DNA of 32,082 bases from a virus. Lineage: Duplodnaviria > Caudoviricetes. The position numbers were made by a program, and so were the translations under genes. The stretch covers positions 1 to 32,082 of the IMG/VR virus record IMGVR_UViG_3300025389_000067; one strand, given 5' to 3'. The notes below the pieces were generated by a model. The model was not told the DNA's origin, did no database searches, and saw only the letters and a list, made by a program, of their open reading frames with translations. Below, in pieces: positions 17,977 to 23,791 of this stretch (position 1 is its first letter; every line of letters starts with the position of its first letter).

Positions 17977-18134
17977 GCGTCTGAGTGGCATCAGACGTAA
18001 GACGCAAATTATTGTTAACCTCATAGATTCCTGTGTGGTCTTGCTAGACAATAAACCAACTTTTGATTTGCGTCATACGTTTGTTGTTGCTCTCGCCAAG
18101 AGCCAAGACCACAGAGTAATTTATGAGGTTTTTT
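17977..18134 (+). ncRNA. Candidate structured RNA (three-way junction, two pseudoknots, U-tract)
   Basis: Four stems plus two loop pairings are readable (see findings); TATACT at 17966-17971 upstream. Confidence 0.6.
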
Positions 18135-18139
18135 GCTTT

Positions 18140-18400
18140 TGGAGACCGTACTCCACACGAAAGCAGAGCATTTGCATGGATGGCTTGGAACAAAACACCG
18201 TACACAGATACACCCCTGTGCAAAACTCGACTGAACTTGATTTAGGTATCAGTAACCTCATAAGTACATGGTGGAACAAGACTTATGAGCAAGCGAATAA
18301 ATCCCTCATGGGCACTTGGGTTTCTTTTGTTATATTTAAAGATAAACAATTGATTCTGGAGAAGGTAGGTTCTATCCACCCTTGGCAGAGCTTTGACTAA
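18140..18400 (+). ncRNA. Candidate second structured non-coding block upstream of the replication gene
   Basis: Hairpins tggag/ctcca, cacag/ctgtg, actga/tcagt and ctcataagt/acttatgag. Confidence 0.35.
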
Positions 18401-18417
18401 AGAAAAAGGAAGAAAAA

Positions 18418-18774
18418 ATGGAAACTAAATTTGAATTATTTTGGAAGACTTGGCCTAAAAGCACTCGAAAGGGAGGAAAGTCTAAATGCGAGAAGGTTTG
18501 GAATAAGACTTATTGCGAATCATGCGCTGATCAAATAATTAAGCACGTTGAATGGCAAAAAACAACTGATCAATGGAGAAAAGACAACGGAGCTTTTATT
18601 CCTGCTCCTTTGGTTTATCTTAATCAACAAAGATGGGATGGAGCAGAAATACCTGAAATTTCTACTTTAGTACAGGAACGTGATCCTTACTTGGTTAAAC
18701 TGGATGAGGAACGCAAGAACTTTGTCCCTATGCCTGAGCATTTAAGACAACAAATTAAGTTGAGGAGATTATGA
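18418..18774 (+). CDS. Short replication-initiator-like protein (C-terminal-type domain only)
   Basis: 'FELFWKTWPK...GGKSKCEKVW...QWRKDNGAFIPAPLVYLNQQRW' resembles the C-terminal domain of lambdoid replication organisers. Confidence 0.7.
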   Translation: METKFELFWKTWPKSTRKGGKSKCEKVWNKTYCESCADQIIKHVEWQKTTDQWRKDNGAFIPAPLVYLNQQRWDGAEIPEISTLVQERDPYLVKLDEERKNFVPMPEHLRQQIKLRRL

Positions 18775-19565
18775 ATGAGTTGGCTCTTTTCGCAGGCGCT
18801 GGTGGGGGAATATTGGGGGGAAAACTTCTCGGATGGCGAACAGTCTGTGCCGTTGAGTGGGAACCATACCCAGCAAGCGTATTGTGCGCCAGACAAAATG
18901 ACGGCCTTCTTCCGCCTTTCCCGATTTGGGATGACGTACAAACCTTTGACGGAAAACCTTGGAGAGGAATTGTTGACGTTGTTTCGGGAGGATTTCCCTG
19001 CCAAGACATATCCATTGCAGGAGGAGGTGACGGGCTTGATGGGGAACGATCAGGAATGTGGACAGAAATGGCACGGATTATTAGCGAAGTACGACCCAGA
19101 TTCGCATTTGTGGAGAACAGTCCAATGCTCACTTTTAGAGGACTTGAACGATGCCTTGCAGATCTTACCTCGATGGGGTATGACAATCGGTGGGGAGTTG
19201 TATCTGCGTCCGATGTCGGAGCAAATCACAGACGAGAACGTATCTGGATTGTGGCCCACGCCAAACGCTTGGGATGGGAAAAGAGGCCCTCGGAGTTGGG
19301 AAAATTTACAGACAAAGAAACATCAAATAAATTTAATAACTGCGGTGAAATGGGCAACTCCAACAGTATGCGGGAACAACAATCGCAAAGGTGCAAGCAA
19401 AAAGAGTGGGGACGGATTGGCAACGCAAGTTGGTGGACAACTGAACCCGACTTGGGTAGAGTGGCTGATGGGGTGGCCGCTAGAATGGACAGACTTAAGG
19501 CCATTGGAAATGGACAAGTCCCACTTTGTGCAGCAACCGCTTGGAGAATCTTAAGTGAAAATTAA
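18771..19565 (+). CDS. DNA (cytosine-5)-methyltransferase, catalytic subunit
   Basis: Motif I LFAGAGG, IV GGFPCQDIS, VI VENSP, VIII HRRERIWIV and X RLKAIGNGQV; motif IX not visible. Confidence 0.92.
   Translation: MNELALFAGAGGGILGGKLLGWRTVCAVEWEPYPASVLCARQNDGLLPPFPIWDDVQTFDGKPWRGIVDVVSGGFPCQDISIAGGGDGLDGERSGMWTEMARIISEVRPRFAFVENSPMLTFRGLERCLADLTSMGYDNRWGVVSASDVGANHRRERIWIVAHAKRLGWEKRPSELGKFTDKETSNKFNNCGEMGNSNSMREQQSQRCKQKEWGRIGNASWWTTEPDLGRVADGVAARMDRLKAIGNGQVPLCAATAWRILSEN
18775..19554 (+). CDS. Overlapping +1-frame protein, putative second methyltransferase subunit (recognition region and motif IX)
   Basis: 259 codons open inside the methyltransferase gene; WPTP/WATP repeats; 'LNPTWVEWLMGWPLEWT'; GAGGAG 7 nt upstream; stop abuts the next start. 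Confidence 0.8.
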   Translation: MSWLFSQALVGEYWGENFSDGEQSVPLSGNHTQQAYCAPDKMTAFFRLSRFGMTYKPLTENLGEELLTLFREDFPAKTYPLQEEVTGLMGNDQECGQKWHGLLAKYDPDSHLWRTVQCSLLEDLNDALQILPRWGMTIGGELYLRPMSEQITDENVSGLWPTPNAWDGKRGPRSWENLQTKKHQINLITAVKWATPTVCGNNNRKGASKKSGDGLATQVGGQLNPTWVEWLMGWPLEWTDLRPLEMDKSHFVQQPLGES

Positions 19566-19755
19566 AACAATATGGCAGCGAGTACCCAGACATTGTGAAG
19601 TGCTTGGAGTATGCCAGGCTAGAAATTGTGCAGGTTGTCCAGACAAAGACCCTTTTGAAGATGCAATTGTCAGTAGAGAAGTTTTAAAATTAACCACTAA
19701 CATAGGAGCAAAAGCAAAACCAGAAATGAGAGCTTGGATATTTGAGAAAGATTAA
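19555..19755 (+). CDS. Hypothetical Cys-containing protein
   Basis: 66 aa with 'CEVLGVCQARNCAGC'; GGAG upstream of the GTG start. Confidence 0.6.
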   Translation: MKIKTIWQRVPRHCEVLGVCQARNCAGCPDKDPFEDAIVSREVLKLTTNIGAKAKPEMRAWIFEKD

Positions 19756-19778
19756 TCAACAACTAAGGAAAATTAAAG

Positions 19779-19991
19779 ATGAAAACACAAAACATGATGA
19801 TATTTGAATATTTGGTTAAAGGAAAATCGTTGACTGCGATGGACGCTTTAAAACTGTTTGGGTGCTTTAGACTTGCAGCAAGAATTGCAGAGCTAAAAAC
19901 AACTGGGATTGAAATAGTTTCTTCAAGGAAACAAGTCAAAAACCAATTTGGCAAAGATGTAATTGTTGCAGTTTACTCATTAAAGGCTTAA
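19779..19991 (+). CDS. Small winged-HTH protein
   Basis: 'GKSLTAMDALKLFGCFRLAARIAELK...VAVYSL'; AAGGA ribosome-binding site. Confidence 0.75.
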   Translation: MKTQNMMIFEYLVKGKSLTAMDALKLFGCFRLAARIAELKTTGIEIVSSRKQVKNQFGKDVIVAVYSLKA

Positions 19992-19993
19992 CC

Positions 19994-20284
19994 ATGAAAT
20001 ACTTACTCATAACACTCTTGGCCCTAGCTGGGTGCTCTACTCCCAAACTAGAAACTCCAACTCAATACACTTATACATCCCCTCCAGTTGTGCCAGTCAG
20101 AGTTGATCCCCAGGCGCAACAAATGTCTAGGTCTGAAGTGGTGTCTGCCACTATCCAATGCGAACAGGACGGTCTCAGAGCAGTTCCAATCATGTCTAAG
20201 CGCATAATTTCAGGCATGATGAGCGACATTGTGATTGACATTCAATGTTTACCCAAACGCAACATTTTTGATGTGAAATTCTAA
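19994..20284 (+). CDS. Predicted lipoprotein
   Basis: MKYLLITLLALAGC: basic N-terminus, hydrophobic core and LAGC lipobox. Confidence 0.8.
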   Translation: MKYLLITLLALAGCSTPKLETPTQYTYTSPPVVPVRVDPQAQQMSRSEVVSATIQCEQDGLRAVPIMSKRIISGMMSDIVIDIQCLPKRNIFDVKF

Positions 20285-20487
20285 TGAACGCAAAAAAAGC
20301 AAAAGCACTCAGAAAGTCATTGAAAAAAAACAACATTGACATTTTAGATAACTCCTATTACACCGATTTGAGACAAATTGGAGGACAGATTCAACTTAAA
20401 AAAGAGTCAGGCCGATCAATGTACCAAATGATAAAGAAGTCAATGTATGACTACGGACAAAAGAATATTTATTCTAAGTCACTCTGA
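20284..20487 (+). CDS. Hypothetical basic protein
   Basis: 67 aa, TAATG-coupled to the upstream gene. Confidence 0.6.
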   Translation: MNAKKAKALRKSLKKNNIDILDNSYYTDLRQIGGQIQLKKESGRSMYQMIKKSMYDYGQKNIYSKSL

Positions 20488-20845
20488 GGCCAGGCAAAGA
20501 GCTAAAGACTTTGTTGGAATTGCTCCCGAGGGATGGGTTGTGGAGTTCAAACCTGCAACTCGAACTTTGGAACAAAACGCAAAACTTTGGGCTTCTTTGT
20601 CTGACATATCAAAACAAGTTGTTTGGCATGGACGCAAACTAACCTCTGAGGAATGGAAGTTTGTGTTCTCCAGCGCAATTAAAAAACAAGAAGTTGTACC
20701 TAATATTGACGGAACTGGGTTTGTGGTTCTTGGTCAATCGACTTCTAAAATGACAAAAGCAGAAATGTCCGAACTTTTGGAGTTAATTTTTGCTTTTGGT
20801 GCTGAACATAATGTTAAATTTGAGGATCAATATGCCGAGACCTAA
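20447..20845 (+). CDS. ninB: NinB/Orf family recombination protein
   Basis: 'RTLEQNAKLWASLSDISKQVVWHG...EEWK...GQSTSKMTKAEMSELLELI'. Confidence 0.9.
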   Translation: MTTDKRIFILSHSEARQRAKDFVGIAPEGWVVEFKPATRTLEQNAKLWASLSDISKQVVWHGRKLTSEEWKFVFSSAIKKQEVVPNIDGTGFVVLGQSTSKMTKAEMSELLELIFAFGAEHNVKFEDQYAET

Positions 20846-21038
20846 AACTGAATTAACTGGATCAAACACTACAATTTATGTGAGATTGACTGAAAAACAA
20901 AAAGAAATGTTTAAAGATATTGGGGGCGCAGATTGGCTAAGAAATTATCTTCAGAGACAAATCAGGTCTGAAGAAATTGATTTAGATTTACCCACTTTAA
21001 AGGATAAATATGATTCAAATACCTTACAACACAGGTAA
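20832..21038 (+). CDS. Ribbon-helix-helix-like small DNA-binding protein
   Basis: 'MPRPK...TIYVRLTEKQKEMFKDIGGADWLR'; GAGG before ATG 20832. Confidence 0.6.
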   Translation: MPRPKTELTGSNTTIYVRLTEKQKEMFKDIGGADWLRNYLQRQIRSEEIDLDLPTLKDKYDSNTLQHR

Positions 21039-21132
21039 AGTGAAGATTGGATGCAAATTTAATCCTAAAATTAATTATTGCAATCCAGATCAAGACTGGA
21101 TACAAAAATTACTACTTAGTTTTAAAATATGA
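21010..21132 (+). CDS. Small hypothetical protein (not in the ORF track)
   Basis: MIQIPYNTGKVKIGCKFNPKINYCNPDQDWIQKLLLSFKI, 40 aa; AAGGA upstream. Confidence 0.6.
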   Translation: MIQIPYNTGKVKIGCKFNPKINYCNPDQDWIQKLLLSFKI

Positions 21133-21134
21133 AC

Positions 21135-21224
21135 TGGGAGGTTAACAAGGCGTTCCAGGATGTTGGATTTAGGCAATTTTCCTTGTTTCTGGCCTAACTA
21201 GTTAAACAACCAAATGGACTCCCA
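21135..21224 (+). ncRNA. Candidate 90-nt pseudoknotted RNA ending at the ninG start codon
   Basis: Nested stems tgggag/ctccca, tcca/tgga, ttgg/ccaa and ttaggc/gcctaa, plus crossing aacaagg/ccttgtt. Confidence 0.45.
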
Positions 21225-21770
21225 ATGACTAAATGTAAGATTTGCAGGTCTGAATTTGTCAGACGATCTATGAGCCAAAAGACTTGCGGATTGGAATGTG
21301 CCTTAACCTGGCTACATCAATCCAAGGCAAAGACAAAAGCAAAGGTTGATAGGTTGGATAGGGTAGAAACTAAAAAAGCCTTGGAGAAGCTAAAAACTCG
21401 GTCGGATTGGATTAAAGATGTTCAAGTGGTATTTAACCAATACATTAGACTCCGAGACCAATCCAAACCCTGTATATCCTGTTTGAGACACCATCAAGGC
21501 CAATATCACGCTGGTCACTATCTGAGCACAGGAGCTAGACCAAATCTGAGGTTTGACGAGCAAAACGTACACAAACAATGTCAACCTTGCAATACTCATT
21601 TATCAGGAAATCTCATAAATTATCGGATAAACCTTATAAAAAAGATTGGATTGGATGAGGTTTTGCGACTTGAAAACGACTTTGAGCCTAAAAAATACCT
21701 AATTGAAGAACTAAAAGAAATTGTCCAAATTTATCGAAAAAAGGTTAAAATGCTAAAAACGGTTGATTGA
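21225..21770 (+). CDS. ninG: NinG/Rap family endonuclease
   Basis: 'FNQYIRLRD...PCISC...HAGHYLSTGARPNLRFDEQNVHKQCQPCNTHLSGN'. Confidence 0.92.
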   Translation: MTKCKICRSEFVRRSMSQKTCGLECALTWLHQSKAKTKAKVDRLDRVETKKALEKLKTRSDWIKDVQVVFNQYIRLRDQSKPCISCLRHHQGQYHAGHYLSTGARPNLRFDEQNVHKQCQPCNTHLSGNLINYRINLIKKIGLDEVLRLENDFEPKKYLIEELKEIVQIYRKKVKMLKTVD

Positions 21771-21791
21771 CAACCTAAATTTTGTGATAAT
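21763..21791 (+). promoter_or_regulatory. Candidate sigma70 promoter for the small-gene cluster
   Basis: TTGATT-17 nt-GATAAT with an extended TGn; TTGACA also present at 21767. Confidence 0.45.
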
Positions 21792-21814
21792 CCGATTTAT
21801 TTAAGGGGATTTCC

Positions 21815-22156
21815 ATGCCAAATTATCAAGGTGTTGCAACTGACGAAGCTAATCTGACGTATCTCAATTTCTTTAATGATGCGTTTTTGCCGATTAAAAG
21901 TGTTTACAACACAACGGCTACATTAAGTCCTGCAGCAGTTGGCGCAGCAACAACCGCAGAGCAGACTTTTACTGTACCTGGTGTTTTAGTTGGTGACGTA
22001 ATATTTGTTAACAAACCAACCGCACAAGCAGGTCTTGGAATAGTAGGCGCAAGAGTTTCAGCAGCTAATACAGTTGCAATCACATTTGCAAACGTCACAG
22101 TAGCATCAATTACCCCAACTGCATCCGAAGTCTATCGGATCGGTGGACACCGTTAA
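21815..22156 (+). CDS. Putative minor virion/decoration protein
   Basis: 113 aa, Ala/Thr/Val-rich beta-strand pattern 'TAEQTFTVPGVLVGD...ARVSAANTVAITF'. Confidence 0.5.
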   Translation: MPNYQGVATDEANLTYLNFFNDAFLPIKSVYNTTATLSPAAVGAATTAEQTFTVPGVLVGDVIFVNKPTAQAGLGIVGARVSAANTVAITFANVTVASITPTASEVYRIGGHR

Positions 22157-22173
22157 CCCCAAGGAGATAAAAA

Positions 22174-22404
22174 ATGGCAAAAATGGAAAAAATGGAATAT
22201 GAGTCAGACGCAGCAAAAGACAAAATGGGCAAGACTGGTCTAAAAGACCCAGGCCATTTACAAGTCGCTGCGAACTACGCAACAGAGTGCAGAGATGGCA
22301 CAAAGCCTTATATTCGTCCTCCAATGGGGCCAGTAAAAGAGCCTAATCTAACAAACGGAGTTCCAATGCTCCCACAAAAGAATATCAATTCTGGTAACAG
22401 ATAA
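22174..22404 (+). CDS. Hypothetical protein
   Basis: 76 aa, strong AAGGAG ribosome-binding site. Confidence 0.7.
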   Translation: MAKMEKMEYESDAAKDKMGKTGLKDPGHLQVAANYATECRDGTKPYIRPPMGPVKEPNLTNGVPMLPQKNINSGNR

Positions 22405-22610
22405 TGGCAACCAAGGTCGCTAAAAAGGTTGAAGTTCTATCTATGCCGAGCCGAGACATGGCTCAAGAGAAGAAATGGCAAGCTGAGAGCGATCTAAGGA
22501 CGCTCCAAGCTGCCAGAGAGATTGAGGCAAGTAGGACTAGATTGGCTGCAGCAAAGAGATGCGCTGACGATCAAATGAAGGCTTTATCTCGCATAAAGAT
22601 GAAAAAATGA
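22404..22610 (+). CDS. Hypothetical helical basic protein
   Basis: 68 aa, coupled to neighbours at both ends. Confidence 0.7.
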   Translation: MATKVAKKVEVLSMPSRDMAQEKKWQAESDLRTLQAAREIEASRTRLAAAKRCADDQMKALSRIKMKK

Positions 22611-23041
22611 CAATGGGTAATTCAAAAGCCATTGGTGTTGCTTATTCTGATCAAAACATTCAGGGAGCAGATATTGTTTCTGCTAACAATGTGATTGCGA
22701 CTGGTGAGATAGGGTATGCTGCAGGGAATTACATTCAAGTCACTCAGTCTAGCGTCAAAACGAATGGTGTAACTTGTAATACTCCATCTGGTTCAATCAT
22801 TACTGCCAACTCGCAACTCGCTCCAGGGGCGCAGGCCGTATTTACCGTAAGTTGTTCGGCAGTAAGCGCAAAAGATACAGTTATTGCAAGTGTTGCAAGT
22901 GGTGGAACACTTGGAGCTTATAACGTATTTATTGCAGCAATTACAAATGGGCAGTTTACTGTTGTGATTAAAAACTCAACAAACAATGCTTATTCAGAGG
23001 CAGTCACAATTAATTATGCAATTCTCCACACGCAAGGATAA
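22607..23041 (+). CDS. Putative minor virion/fibre-like protein
   Basis: 144 aa, small-residue beta-rich: 'VTQSSVKTNGVTCNTPSGSIIT...SEAVTINYAI'. Confidence 0.5.
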   Translation: MTMGNSKAIGVAYSDQNIQGADIVSANNVIATGEIGYAAGNYIQVTQSSVKTNGVTCNTPSGSIITANSQLAPGAQAVFTVSCSAVSAKDTVIASVASGGTLGAYNVFIAAITNGQFTVVIKNSTNNAYSEAVTINYAILHTQG

Positions 23042-23043
23042 TC

Positions 23044-23181
23044 ATGTTAAAGAAATCAGCCTCAAAAAAAGCATTTAAAGAGAACGTAAAAACAGAAATC
23101 AAAGAAGGCCGTCCAGTTAAGCAAGCGGTTGCAATTGCTTATTCTGAGAAAAGACAGGCAGAGAAAAAGAAAAAGAAATGA
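23044..23181 (+). CDS. Small Lys-rich protein (not in the ORF track)
   Basis: MLKKSASKKAFKENVKTEIKEGRPVKQAVAIAYSEKRQAEKKKKK, 45 aa; AAGGA upstream; ATGA overlap downstream. Confidence 0.8.
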   Translation: MLKKSASKKAFKENVKTEIKEGRPVKQAVAIAYSEKRQAEKKKKK

Positions 23182-23447
23182 AACACGATAAGCCAATCCC
23201 TCACAAGACAGTTGGCAAGGGTAAGACCTATAACCCAACGAGTAAGGGCGCAGGGATGACTGCAAAAGGTCGGGCTGAGTACAACGAGAAGAACGGATCG
23301 CACTTAAAACCGCCTGCTCCAAATCCAAAGACAAAGAAAGATGAGGGGCGCAAGGCTAGTTTTTGTGCACGCATGGAAGGTGTTGTAAAAAACGCAAAAG
23401 GGACTGCTGAAAGGGCTAAAGCATCATTAAAGAACTGGAAGTGCTAA
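23178..23447 (+). CDS. Small basic protein (resembles the DUF6321-type phage family)
   Basis: 'GMTAKGRAEYN...LKPP...RKASFCARM...SLKNWKC'. Confidence 0.7.
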   Translation: MKHDKPIPHKTVGKGKTYNPTSKGAGMTAKGRAEYNEKNGSHLKPPAPNPKTKKDEGRKASFCARMEGVVKNAKGTAERAKASLKNWKC

Positions 23448-23626
23448 TGAAACCTGGACTTTATGCGAATATCCATAAAAAGCAAGAACGGATAAAAAAA
23501 GAAAAGGCCGAGGGTAAGCCACTTGAAAAGATGAGGCCAGTTGGGTCAAAGGATGCTCCAACTGAAAAGGCATTCAAGGAGTCTGCAAAGACTGCTATGC
23601 CTGCAAAACCAAAAAAGAAGAAGTGA
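23447..23626 (+). CDS. Small Lys-rich protein
   Basis: 'MKPGLYANIHKKQERIK...APTEKAFKESAKTA'; TAATG-coupled start at 23447. Confidence 0.75.
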   Translation: MKPGLYANIHKKQERIKKEKAEGKPLEKMRPVGSKDAPTEKAFKESAKTAMPAKPKKKK

Positions 23627-23790
23627 GCAGGTCTAACGTCACAATAGACATTGATGACGAAACAAGCGAAGTAACGATTCATATTCTTGGAGAAGGTTTA
23701 GCTTTACAGGTTGCACACGACTGGGTAACACTTCTCAGGCAACATGGATTTGACGTAGACATTGAACAACAACCGCAAACGATAAACTAA
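23623..23790 (+). CDS. Small acidic protein (not in the ORF track)
   Basis: GTG start overlapping the upstream TGA; MSRSNVTIDIDDETSEVTIHILGEGLALQVAHDWVTLLRQHGFDVDIEQQPQTIN; stop 1 nt before the next ATG. Confidence 0.65.
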   Translation: MSRSNVTIDIDDETSEVTIHILGEGLALQVAHDWVTLLRQHGFDVDIEQQPQTIN

Positions 23791-23791
23791 A

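Noticed and set aside
17912-18400. 162-aa ORF between the Cro-like and replication genes
   Set aside because: No recognisable domain, and it overlies dense base-pairing better explained as RNA structure. Not fully excluded, since an in-frame ATG at 17963 has AAGGA upstream.
17977-18400. Group I or II intron or tRNA identity for the structured region
   Set aside because: I found no P7-type core, domain V, T-loop or CCA signature, and no interrupted gene with matching exons.
18687-19517. Several antisense ORFs over the methyltransferase
   Set aside because: Expected by-product of a relatively GC-rich, dual-coding region; no motifs or start signals.
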